DNA of 64,000 nucleotides from the NCBI GenBank assembly GCA_015680685.1, contig MNCI01001886.1, positions 208,847 to 272,846 of the forward strand, in the 5' to 3' direction. A program made the translations under genes and the position numbers. Position 1 is the first letter of the stretch. Each line of letters opens with the position of its first letter. The notes beneath the pieces are model-generated. The model saw nothing but the letters and a program-made list of their open reading frames with translations. It had not been told where the DNA came from and did not search any database. This document shows, in pieces, positions 48,068 through 61,539 of the stretch. Origin of the DNA: Gnetum montanum (lineage: Eukaryota; Plantae; Gnetophyta).

Positions 48068-51000
48068 AAACCATGAACCAAGGAACAATCAAAACCATGG
48101 ACTGATTACAACATGAATCTAATGATGAACCAAGCCATGATATAGAGAAAGTAATTGATTGCCACTAGATGCACCATGTTTGAGATATCCCACCAACCAA
48201 CAAAAAAATCCTTTCATGATGTCATTGACCATAGAAGATCTGACTATGCCTCATCAAGATTCATCAGTGGCAAGAGATGTTGGTGAAACAAGGCTACACC
48301 GATCCATGTAACTTTTACCCATCTGAGTACTACAAATCTTAATTAATTAAGAACATTCATGATTTTCTCCCAAAATGGTAGTAACCATGACCTAAATTGA
48401 TCTTGTTTTCTTGAAAATCATTTTCCTAACTTATAGTCATTTATAAGTTATCATGTCATCCATAGATCAATTCAGTAATGTTGATTTGGTAGAATAAGCT
48501 AGTGAACATTTGAAAATATTGGAAAATTCAACTTCATTTTTGATACCTAAAACCATGTCTAAGGCATAGTGCTCATTGGGATGATTCCAATGGTATAAAT
48601 TTCATCTTCATTAGACTTACAGTTTTAAAGATATCGCACTTTAAGTTTCTTATTATTTGTGCATTAAAATAATATTAAATTATTAAAATTATTAAATTAT
48701 TATTTAGAAAAAATATCAAAATGTTAGTGTTGGGGATCAACCCAAAATTACCATTTATCCATATCGAACCCGCACCTTGTGTCAACTAAAGAACAATTTT
48801 AACCATCGAGGTAGGGTAGAATAAAATAATAAAAAAATTTAAAGAAAATAGATATAGATACATTTTTAAATAGATATAGATACATTTTTTAAAAAAATTA
48901 ATAAATAAAATAATATTTATTAAAAAATTCATAGGCCATGTTGGCCTATAAAAGCCCCCAAGCATCTAAATTGAACATTAATCTTCCTATATCGTAAAAT
49001 AAACATGGAAATAATAAAAATTATTGATTCAAAGCATAAATAAAAAGTACAACATGGTGTAGCAAATTCTATAATATTAGCATTAATAATTAAATAAATA
49101 TAATTATATGAAAATGAGAAACAACTCTGCATATAAGGAAATGATCCCAGTGATACTTGTTTTACCTTAATGAAACTTTTATAAACAAAGTTATTCATCT
49201 TAAAATTTTATTTAAATATATTCTGAAAATAAGATTAAAATAATAATATTTAATAAAATAAAAATATATAATAAAATAATACTATAAATGTATAGAGGAC
49301 ATTAAAATAAAGAATAACCGTTGTGAGATCTCAAAAAATATGGCAAAATAAAAATTTCATATCATACTTTATTATGAAACTAAAATTAAATTTTTTACTT
49401 ATATCCACTAACATCCCTTAGATCTATCATACCAGTTTTAGAATTCCTTTTATAGAATATATTTTAATTGATAATTTAGTGTTTCCTTGTAGAATCAAAC
49501 CTATGACCTAAGGTTACTAGGCCAAGACTCTTATTACTAGGTCAACACCTCATTATTTATTTATAAGAAAAGGTATATGGTTCAAATATTTAAAATTTGT
49601 ACTATTTCCTATTTTATAAAGATACAAAATATACAAAAAATATGGGGCAGATTCCATAGGTCCATCATTAATAAAAATGAACCATCTATCATCTCATGGT
49701 CTACTTTTGACATCTTTTGTGGCTACCTTATGCTTTCTCTATTGAAATGCATGAAAACTTAAAACCCCTTAAATAAGAAGTATTATTTTATTTCTATATA
49801 CATAGAGTATATAAGGTTTTAGATAAAAACCATAAGGATATAGGCTTATAAATTTTTTAATTAAATATGTAAAATTATTCCAATGTCTAGAAATACCACA
49901 AACATTTCAAAAATATAAATATTTTATGTGTGATCTAGGAATACATAAAGAATAGTTATTAGTTTTTCCTCAATATTAAGATGAATTGACCGTAACAACA
50001 AAAATATTAAGTGTTGGAGAATCGAAAAATCCTATGAAAAATAGTTTAAATTTAGAATCCATGGGCCTTAAAAGGATTTGAAGTGCCTCAAATAGTCTTT
50101 CCAATCACTTTAGGACTTAGGGGGTTTATTACTATGTATGTAAACTTAATTATGTGAAAACATATGAAACAATGATCTAAATGCTAAACCTGATAGTAGA
50201 AAGATGGAAAACCAATATGGAAAAACAAAAAAGGCTACAAAATTTGTATTAACTATTATAATAATTTTTGAAAAGTGGAAGGTTCAAAGAGTATAGATCA
50301 TGGGCTTTAAAAGCTTGAGAGTACAAAAATATCCTTAAAGTTTGATGTATATTGTAAGATGTGTTCTACCACTACATCAACACTTGTCTATCTCAACTAA
50401 TCTAGTTTTGAACATTATCTACAATAGGTTCTCTCTGCTTATGATGATTTGTGCTGGGGAGGAAGGTTATGAACTCTTAGATCTTACTCTTCTCTGAAAG
50501 TCTAAAGTTTGGTTGAATGGAAAATGATCTAAAAGTCTTGAAAACTCCATTGATTCTTAAGTAGGGAATCAATTTGATGATTCTTTGCTAGTTTGATTTT
50601 GTAAAATTTTTGACATTTATAGAGCATGTTTAGATCATTTTTGTGGTCAAAAAATACAACATGTGTACTACCAACATTTTTAACTTTTTGTACCTAAAAC
50701 GTCAACATATATGGGACTTTTCACCACCCAAAACTATAGCAATGGGCCACCAACGTATGAGATTTTTGTTACCAAATTTTGTAGCATATTTGGGGTATTT
50801 TCATGGTCCAAATTCCAAGATGTGGAAAATTTTAGCTCCACACATTTTCCCACACATAGGCATAGTGTGTGGGATAGGGTGGTATAGCATATGGAGAAAA
50901 AATACATCATGTTCAATTATTTTTGAATCTCATGCACTAGCATAAGGAAGATTCATAGTGTGTGGGCTATAAATGTCACTCTTTTACATTAAAAATGGTC

Positions 51001-52262
51001 CAAAACTTTGCCAAAAGAAGGTCAAAATGTAATATTTTTATGGGAAAATAAGAAAATTATTTCTACCTTTAAATTCCCATCAAATTACAATGTAAGCTTT
51101 GGCTTTAAAGCTTTTTATCTATCACATGAAATTTTTTGAGGTGATTCATTAGATCCTCTTAATGTTTCAAGGATTGATCCAAGAAAAATCAACAAAAAAT
51201 ATGAGACACCACTATGAGTTCATCATAAATGCTTCCTTTTCACATTTTATGTTGTAGTTATTGAATAATGCCAAGGAGTGCTCACAATGGTGAATTAAGG
51301 GCACAATGAAATGTCAAGAGTTTTAGATAAGATGATGGTTACATTGGCTGTGAATGTATGATCACATGGCTAACAAAGAATTCCAAATGTTGACATCATG
51401 GCTATGGCATAATGGTAACATGTTTGCTAAATGAGGAGGTCTTCATGCCTTATGCTTGAGCTACCTGTTGCTCAATGTTGTTTGGAAAAACCGTCATCTT
51501 TTTCATAGACTACGTTGGCCACTGGGCTCTTTCCTTCTTATTCCAAAGCCTTTTGTTCCACCTTAGGATGCATCATCCCCTTGGTTATCTTAGTAATATT
51601 CTTCCTCATATTTTTAGGGGCAAAACCTTCATTAGGTTTCATTACCAAGGTCAAACTTTGTTTCATTTTCTTGTTGAATGAGATGTGCTACATTCAGTGA
51701 ATTCAGTAGTAGAGCATGTTGAGGGAGATGTCACATGACCATGGCGCATGGATGTCAAACATAGGTTTTCATTGTTAGCAAGTTAAGGAAGGCTACAATT
51801 TAGTTATGAGGTTATGGCTCAAGAGGATTAATAGAGATGATGTGAGATAAGCACCATTAAAAAGATCGAATAAGCGAACCAAATCTCATGCATTGAGGTC
51901 CCTTGGTAACTTAGCACTATGATGAGTCACACTTTTGCAATGACTTTAAGATCATCTTGCAAACAAAAATTTAAGAGGATTATAAAATAGCTCAATGAAT
52001 GCATATGATTATAAGATATTTCATAAGGCCATGTTAGAGAAAAAGCAAATATAGATCACCATTGGTTACAACTAGTCGAACATTAAAAATCTATGTTTTG
52101 TTTAATAGATTAATACAAATTTTGTAGTCTTTTGAGAGGCCAAAAAGGAGATAATGGGTCATGTGTGCTCACTTGTTGCAAGCCAATAAAGTTATCAATG
52201 ATCATCATCCATTTAAAATTATAAATAAGGAAAAACAAAGGCTACAAGAAAATAGTTCAATG

Positions 52263-55200
52263 TTAAATATAATGAGATTTGAGATAGGAATGGTTGACCA
52301 AATTGATCAACTCATTTCCACCCATGTCCAATAACTTGAATTCTCTATTATCATAAGATTTTGGAATAAATAAAGGTCCTTTCCAATTAGCCAAGAACTT
52401 ATTTACATGTTCGAGAATGATCTTGAGGACATGGTCTTCTTCCTTGACTTTTTACCTATTTATATTATGATGATGCTATTATTTCTACTTATCTTAATAT
52501 TGTTCAATGTTATCCAGTTTTTGTATTTTCTATTTTTTCATCAAATCAAGGTTAATTATATGCATCTCCTTATTCTTCTCATCATTGATGAATTCAAACA
52601 AAGCTATCCTTAAGGATGAAACTTGCAATTTAATAGGCAACGCAACTTCAAAATCATAAAATAGGCTATAAAGGATGGCTTTGGTTATAATTATAGAGGT
52701 TGTCCTATAGGTCCAAAGTGCATACAATTGTTTTTCATGCTACTTGCATTTACCATTACTTAACATTTTCTCAAGGACTTTTATAATGACCTTATTATTT
52801 TCTTTAGATTCACCATTAGCTTGTGGATAGTATGGTGATGAAAAGAAATGTTTAATATTTAATTATTCATAAAATATTTTCATCTTTTAGCTACTAAATT
52901 ATGGTCCATTTTCTATGATGATCACTAAAGGTAGGCCAAAATGGGATATGATATTATCTAATACGAATTTGAAAATTGTTCTGTTATTGTTTTTTTTAGA
53001 TGAATAACTTTAATCTACTTTGTGAAATACTTGGTTGTTGTAATGATGAAGCTATGCTCTGAAGAAAACTCAAGAATTATAGGTTTGATTATATCAATTT
53101 TCCATCATTGAAATGGTCATGTGATCTAAGTATGCATTAGGTCATTGTATCGTTGATAGATCTCACAAGTCTTAACCTTTTGTAGGTAGTCACTTTCCAT
53201 ATATGTCTAATAGTATCCTAAGCATATAATCTTTGTGGACATGGCTCTAGGTTTTATATGTCCTTCACATATACCCTCATATACCTATTCAAGGACCATG
53301 AGGTATTCTGCTTTACTTAAGCATGGTAATAATATACCATCATAGGACCTTTGACATAATGTAATATTAGCTACAATGACATATTTTTTTGATATTTTAT
53401 GTACAGTATCCTTTTGAGAGGTAGTTAGGTTTTGTGAAGGTTCACCATGCATTATCTAAAACTTAATGTCATCATATCACTCTTGTTGAGGAACATTGAC
53501 AATGGTGACTCTAGTGGTTTCTTTAGTATTCTACATGATGGAAAGAGAATAGTTCTCCATCAAGAAAGATACTTTGCTAAACACATCAAATGTCACAATT
53601 AGAGCTAAGGTGATAATGGCATTGAATAAGACATTCTTTTCTTAGAAAATACATTGGACATCAACATCTATAAACTGTAGCATGAGTCTTTTGGCTAGTT
53701 CATAGTTAGATTGTAAATGTTTACCTTTGCATGTGTAGACTTTAGTTGGTTAACCACTAGTTACAAGCTACTATCATTCCATTAAGTAGCCTTTCATACT
53801 TTGCTATGTTGCTAGTACATGGGAATTTGAAACAATAAGCAAAAGGTTGTAGCTCACTAGAGGATAATGTTATGATGGTAGCATAATTGTCTTCATGTGT
53901 AGTCAAAGCTCTATCAAAGTGCATGATTACCTCATATTCTTTGGGTACTTCATTGACAATGTTAACATGATCTTGATCCTTAATTTTTCAAGTGGTAAGT
54001 TGTTTGTCTATAGCTTGATCTTTCATTGAGGCTTGGGAGATGTAATGTAGGTCAAACTCAACTTTTATGGTATTCCACCAAGCTATTTGAGTACTCTCAT
54101 AGATTTTGATCATTATGAATCATAGCATGTTATGCTTACATACAGTGTTGGATTTGCTCCTAAAAAGGTAGTCTCTCAATTTCTTTAGAGACAAGACCAG
54201 GGCTAAACACTACCTCCATGGGCACTCAAATATCTATCAAAGTGCATGATGACCTCATATCCTTCAGGTACTTCATTGATAATGTTGACATGATCATTAG
54301 GAAATTCAAGATCTATGGCTACATGATCCTCAATTGAGGAAGTGATAAGTTGTTTGGCTATAGCTCGATCTTTCATTAAGGCTTGGGAGATGTAATGTAG
54401 GTCAAACTTAGCTATTATGGTCTTCCATTGGGCTATTTGGCTACTCTCATAGATGTTGGTTAGTATGACTCTTAGCATGTTATCCTTGCGTACAATGTTG
54501 ACTTCACTCCTGAAGAGGTAGTATCTCCATTTCTTTAGAGACAAGACTAGGCTAAACAATGCTTTTTAACCTTAGTGTATCAGGTCTCATACGCTACCAA
54601 TGCATGGCTCAAGTAGTAGATAGGTAACTCTACTCCATCATCTCATTTTTGATAGAATAAAAAGGGCTATGGAGATTTCAAAGATTGCAAGGTAGACATA
54701 GAATAATTTATCCATCTAAGAAGGATACATGATAGGTCGTTGGACCAATTCTTGTTTAATATTGTCAAAGGATTCTTGACATTGATCAATCGACTCATAG
54801 TAAACTCCCTTTTTAGGTAAGCATTGCATGGGTTGTAGCATATTCGTGAGTCTCAAGATAAACCTATGAATAAATTACAATCTACCTTATAAACCTTATA
54901 GTTCCTTAAGGTTGCCAGGTGTTGTAAGATTAGTTGTTAGATTAGGGTCAACTTGTATCCCTACCTCAGATACTATGAAACCAAGCATCTTATTGGTTTT
55001 AACACTAAGAACATAGTACATAGGATTAAGTCTAAGCTCCTATTTGAGACATCATTGAAGTACTAGGTTTAGGTCATGAACATGGTCATTGGCTATTTTG
55101 GACTTAATAGCTATATCATCAACATAATCATTTAATAACCCTAATATGTAATCACTAATGATGTAGATCATGGCTTCTTGATAGGTTGCCCCTCTGTTCT

Positions 55201-55995
55201 TCAAACTGAATAACATCATTATCAAATAGAAGGTTTCCCAAGGGGGAATGAAGATTATGTGAAACTTATGGGTTAGTCCTAACTTGGTTGTATCCCAAGA
55301 ACCCATCCATGAAGGATAACAAGGCATTTCCAACCATAGTATTCATAAGCTAATTAATACTAGTCAAAGAAAAATTAACTTTAATGGTTTCCTTGTTGAG
55401 GCCATGGAAATTGATGCAAATATGAATATTCCTATTTTCCTTAGGAAGTACCACTATGTTGGATATCCAATTGGCATAATTGATAGCTTGGATGAAACGT
55501 TCTTAGTAAATCTTCTTTATCTCATCATGAACTACTAGGGCCAAATTTGATCTAATCTTACGAACTTTTTATTTAACTACCTTGATGCTCGAGTCAAGTA
55601 AAATGTTATGTTGTACTAAACATGGATCCAGTCCTAGAATATCTTCATATGACCAAGAAAAGACTTTAATTTCATCTTGAGGAACCTTGGTGATATCTTG
55701 GACCATCTAGGATTCTAGTGAGAAACTTAATTTAAGCATTTTTTCTCCTTACCATTATGGGTTGTAATGGAAATTTCAACTAGAGTGTCTTCCATGATGT
55801 CTCCGATCTCTAAGTCAAGGGTTTTAACTATGTACTTAGATAAATCTAGGGACTTTTCTATTGAATATATATGATCAAACAAGCTCCTAGGTTCAAGATC
55901 TAGCCTTTCTAGTTTAATTGATCATTTGATATCATCATAGGATCTTGTCAGGTTTAGTAGTAGGTCAAATTGATTCCATGTATTCATGATTTAGT
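52263..55995 (-). pseudogene. Degenerate Tat-type pol (RT-RH-aRH-INT), third copy
   Basis: WSYEDILGLDP, FSLKNRGATYQ, DYVDD, LKKWRYYLFRS, YFTK, PYYPQANG, YALWTYRT. Ends NHSYLKSHYI*. Confidence 0.92.
53885..54558. repeat. ~0.33-0.35 kb tandem duplication inside pol (RH end to aRH start)
   Basis: CTATCAAAGTGCATGA..TTCTTTAGAGACAAGAC..GGCTAAACA occurs twice (53885-54209 and 54210-54558). Confidence 0.9.
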
Positions 55996-57714
55996 GATGC
56001 ATGTCAAAAAAAGCATATTAACTAACATATGTATTGCATAATTATCAAAAAATGTTAAAATGATGGAGAATAGTGCTAAAGCATGACAAAGAAAATTTGT
56101 ATTATGCATAAAATGCCTAGTAGCCAAGAATTTGCATTGTAATTTGATGGAAATTCGAAGGTAAAAATACTTATCTATTTTTCTATAAAAAATATTAACC
56201 CATAGCATTATTCATGCAAATTTTCATATAATTTCTCATGTGTAAAATGAATTTTATAACCCACAAGTTGTAAATTTCATTTAAGATAACTTGTGATGGC
56301 TCAAAATGCTAATATGTTATCAAAATTGGTAACAAAAGGCCAGAAACGTTGGTGGCATATACATTAGAGGTTGGGCCATGAAAATAGCCCAAATGTGACA
56401 TCAAATTTGGCAAGAAAAGTTGCATACATTGATGGTTCATAGGCTGTAATTTTTTGTGGTGGAAAGTGTCAAATACATTGGTATTTCAGCCCAAAAAAGT
56501 CAAAGATGGTAGTGTATGATATGCTGTAGATGTTGGCCATCAAAAGCTTCCAAAATGTGGTAGAATTAGTTAGAAATCATGGCAAAATGATATAAAATAA
56601 AAAATAAAAACACTCACAACCTATTTAAGAAAAATTTTGCATAATTTTAAGGAATTTTAAATCATTTTACTTTCAACAAGACTAGATACTTTTAGAGTAG
56701 AGAAAAAATTTAAAATTCCATAGCTATTTCTCAACTAGTGTAGACTATCATAGTAGAGAAAATCAATGACAACTAAATTTCAGGAGCATATTTGTGTGAA
56801 TATTGTAGCAGAATGCATCTTGTAATCTTCATTAAAACTCAAAGTAATTCTTATATTTCCCAAGTTTTCAAAACACATAATCTATATTTTTTGAACCTTT
56901 ATTTCCAGCATTTTAGGTATAAAAGTAATTAAAACAAAAATTTGTAGTGATTACTTGCTTTGTCATTTTTTCTTTTCTCTCTATTATAGTTGCTATGCTA
57001 TACCTTTTATTTAAACATTTGTTTTTGCCTTTATTTTATCACATCTAATAATAGACATATAAGCCATCAATTAATTGACAACATCATTTGAGGTACTTTG
57101 GATCCTTTTTCAAGTATTGTTGGATCTAGGGTTAAACTTTACGACATTGGGATTTTTGATTTTCTAGCAGTAGAAGGGGAGCCTTTACCTGAATTCTTTC
57201 TTAAAACCTATCCTTCAATCCATTGCCTATTTCTACCATTGCTTGTCAACACATTTAATACATCAAAAATTGTTTTGGGTTTTCCAAAACTCCAATGTCT
57301 AAAACTAAAATAAATTTTCAACTTAAGAAAGAATTTTACCATTACATTTTCATAGTTGTAGTGTTTCCCCTCTTTCCTACAAATATACAATTTTTTAAAA
57401 AAATTAATTTTAATCGTTGCAATGCACACCACCACCTCAACTCCCTACTCTAGGAAGTTTAAAAATTGATTTTTATAGTTGTTATGCATATTTTTTTCCT
57501 TAGTTCTTTCACCTACACCTTGTAATTTTCCTATGTTTAGTTGCACACGTTGAATCCCATTTTCTATTTTTCCAACATAGCTAAACATTAGAAAATTTTA
57601 TGAGAAGTTTTTAATTTTTAATTTTTCATTACAATTGCAATTAATATGTGGTAATTTCATAAGTTGAAACTCTAAATATGTTGGCACTTTAAAAATTTGG
57701 AACTTTTATAATTT

Positions 57715-57790
57715 TAGCTTATTACATTTTACAAGTTAGCTTAACACATTTTACAAGTTAGCTTAATACATTTTACAAGGTAGCTTAATA
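57715..57790. repeat. 22-bp tandem repeat x3.5
   Basis: TAGCTTAAYACATTTTACAAGK repeated. Confidence 0.9.
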
Positions 57791-57899
57791 CAAGCCTGGC
57801 TTATACGTTGAGATTTTCACAACTTGAAACACTTACACATTAGAGTTCATAAGTTAGGATTCTCATACATTGGACTTACACCTTTTATTCCTTTTAGTC

Positions 57900-59347
57900 A
57901 TTCCACCATGTTACCATACAACTTCCTACACTTGTCCTCTAATCAAGAATCCATTTGTATTTATGATCCCAAGGATTTGACAGTGGTAGAACATAGATAA
58001 TTCCTTAGGTGGAGGGGCCAAAATATAGATTATGAAAATATTAATGAGTACTATAACATCATTTGCACTAAGATCCAAGCTGTCCTCATCATCCCACATA
58101 TCAAAGTAGAGCCCAAACATCAATTCAAGATCATCCACCAAAACAAGAAAGAGTACATTTCCTCAACCTATGACCAAATTGAACTAATGCACTTTGATAC
58201 ATGCACCCTAACATAACTAGCAGACATTGACAAGGTGAGTGAAGATATTAGCTTAGACCAAGACCAAGAGGACCAAGATGAGTTTGAAGCAAAGCATGAA
58301 CTGAACATATTCATAGGAAATATTTTCCAATAGATAACTCCATAAGCAACCATCTCTAACTCCACACCTCATGTGTCCTCTATGAACCAAGCTCCTTAGT
58401 CTTTTGCCTTCTTCCGTACCATGTTCATCTCAAGACCCATTATAGTAGTGCACCAATCTCAATCAACAGTTACTTAGCCAAGCCTTTGCCTAAATCAAAA
58501 ACATAGAAGATGCCACAGAAGCTAGTAATGATCCAACATACATAATGTACAAGAGCAAACATACAATAAGATATGAGAGTAAGAAAAAATTGAACCATGA
58601 AGTCATGGCTATTGTAGACAAAGAAAATAAATAACATAGGGATCAATGACCATGCAACCAAAGGCCCTTGCCACCATTGCTCAACCATCGATACTACATG
58701 CTTCCACCTCTAACCCTCCTGGGCCAAACTTTGAAAAGAAGGACTAATCTAAATACATAAAATTACCCATAAAATCATTAAAGCTTCTTGATTAGTTGTT
58801 CAAGAGTGACCTTATCCAATAAAAACAACTAACAAAGAATCCTCATAAGAGGCATGATTTCTTATGTGAGATTTCTAAATACCCCATTGTAGCCACAAAA
58901 GATGATCCACCCATGCCCAAATACTTTAAACTAGACTAATTCTACCATTACCATTAGCTACTTATACATGACAATAAATTTTTCTTGGATTTAAAAGATG
59001 ATTTTCATAAAATGATAGATAGTGGTGAATTAGTCATAGATACATCCAACTCAATTAGGTCCTAGAACTATAACATGCAACTATACAATGACTTGCTAAA
59101 TGCTAATAATAACCCCTATACCATTGTTATGTTCAATGTTAATAATAACTCTAAACCTACCAGAGATTCATTTATGGTTTGGATATCCCCTCGTGATGAA
59201 AGAACTTCTTCATCTAGTTCAAGAACTCCTTTTATCATAAGGATACCACCACCTATGCTTCCTAAAAAACCATTTGTCATTAGGGTGTTTCTTTCCACCA
59301 CCAATGAGCCTATGATCCAAGATAACCAACACCATCTTATGATAGCT
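57900..59347 (+). pseudogene. Internally deleted Tat-type gag fragment
   Basis: Homologous to 40400-40850 (minus) and to 6700-7420: QLYNDLLNANNNPY..PFIIRIP..PFVIRV. Confidence 0.8.
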
Positions 59348-60588
59348 TGATGGAAAAAATTAGAAATAGGTTTAGTGAAAATGTTAAGCAAAGGTTCTAC
59401 TTCTAGCACCAAAAAACTATAGCACCTAAAAAATTTAGTGCTAGACAGCCAAAATTTTTAGAGTAGAAATAGTTTTAACTTCAGATTCACAAGACTTTAA
59501 AAAAGGATCTGAAGCACCCTAGAAAATTTTGTCAATCACCCAATGAATTATAAATTCATTGTCAATGTGTGTAATGAAAATTTGTAGCATATGAAAAGTC
59601 AGTGTACATGTTGGATATGAGCACAGAGAAATGTAAAGCAAAATGTGGCAAATAAATGAAACTATAGACTTGTACTAAAATGATGAAAAATTCATAGAGA
59701 AAAAATCTTAGAGAATATAAGTTTTAAGGCTTTATTTCCCAAGAGATTAAGGAAAAAATGCTTGCAACTCAATATAGTTGGTAGGATATGTGCTATACCT
59801 AGATCTATCCTCAAGTATTCTATATAATCTACCTTCTGAACTTTGCTCATCACTAATTGATCTACTACTTTGATCTATGCTAGGAAGAAAGTGGTTATTG
59901 GCTCTTTGATATTTTAACCACTCTAAAAATATCACATTCAAGCTGATTGCAAATTTTTCAAGAAAGTCCTTTCCATGAGACAAATTCTTCTTTAAATAGG
60001 TTATGGATCCTTGATTTGCTACTGATTAATTTTGCCATGATTGTTAACATATTTTGGGCAAATTATACCATGTTTAGAATTCCTTTCTATAATTTGTGAG
60101 CAATTATAGTTAATTTTCCTACCCCATACACTACCTCCACATGTTGCCTAGCATGTGGAACTAGGATCACCAACATATGAAGTTAAAACCCAAATATCAC
60201 ATGTTGTTGTCATAGGTCATCCAACATGTGTAATTGTAGTGTGCAATGTGTGGAATTAAAATATCAAATTTTGTATTTCTAGAAGCAACTTTTAATCCCC
60301 ACAAGCTAGACTACTTGGAACCTAGAACTTGCACAAGCTGGAATATAAGGTAATTATAGCTTGTGAAACATTATTTAGCCTCCATAAGCTAGGATGTATG
60401 AGTTTTACAATGTATAGGCTACACATCTCGTATTTTATATTAAAAATTATCTTAAATTATAGTAATATAGGATCATAATGTAATACTTTTGGGGAAAATA
60501 AGGTAATTGCATCCACCTTTATTTTCTTCACTAAATTACAAAACTTTTGGGTATGGGTTGTAACATGAATTTTCCTTGGGTGTTTCCA
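59348..60588 (-). repeat. LTR related to that of element 2
   Basis: Minus strand starts TGGAAACACCCAAGG. Both ends resemble the ends of 41288-42318. No TSD seen. Confidence 0.55.
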
Positions 60589-61539
60589 TGTTCTCATGGC
60601 CATGAAAGAACAAGAAGAAATAGTTTTGACTAATATTAATGCAGTTAAAGGTATAAAGGAACCTTTGGATCAAGACAATGAAAAGACCATTGAATTTGTA
60701 GATTTGGCCAATAGTAAAAGAGATCAATTATCTGAACTAGAGGCCTCATTTCTTAATATATCAATGCAAGGCCTTTTTGGCATAAAAATAAAAAAGGACA
60801 CAGAGAGGCCAAAAAAAGAAAAAATATTAAAGATACTATTGATTTGATAATGGAAATTTTAAGTAAGATTTCTTTTAGATTTTGTCTCTAATTTGTGAGT
60901 TAATTTTATTTTTTCTTTTTATCATTGTTTCTTAGATATTTGTAAAATCATAGCATATCTTGCATTTATTTTCCTTGGAATTATTTGAATTGCCTATTAT
61001 ATCCAAGAATTTAGTAATTTTTGTTGTTATTGATTAATTAGAATAACTTCATATATCAAAGTGTTCTTTCATATTGGTGATATCGCATTTTAATGTTTAA
61101 TATCTCATCCAATCATACTATTTTATATGATAAACCCAATGGATCTTACTCTATTTCTAGGTCTTCTTGTGGAATTTCTTTAGGGAAGATTGGAAATAGA
61201 TTTGTAGGATTTTTTCTAAACATTCAATGAAAGGAATGATTGGTATAGATAGCTTATGATCAATAGCATATGTGCTAAGTTTCTTTGATGAAGTCAAAAA
61301 ATATTTTGGCTTATAGAATAGAGTTTTGAAATTTGAATCCCTTATTAAACTATGATTTTCTATTAAAACTTTAAGATAGTATAAGATTTATAGTAAGTGT
61401 AAATGTAAAAACACATTTCTCATACAACCACTGAGTCTTATTTGGAGGTAACTAAGCCTTTGTGTTTCTAGAGACCACCAAACACCTAAACTCAAGTTTG
61501 AAAGAAGCCCTACCTAAGTAATTTTTGATGTTGAGTTAG

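Noticed and set aside
48330-50350. Possible DNA transposon or Helitron in the very AT-rich stretch
   Set aside because: No terminal inverted repeats, TSD, hairpin-CTRR end or coding remnant that I could establish.
60596-60847. 83-aa K/E-rich ORF
   Set aside because: No recognisable motif or gene context; lies between two retroelement remnants.
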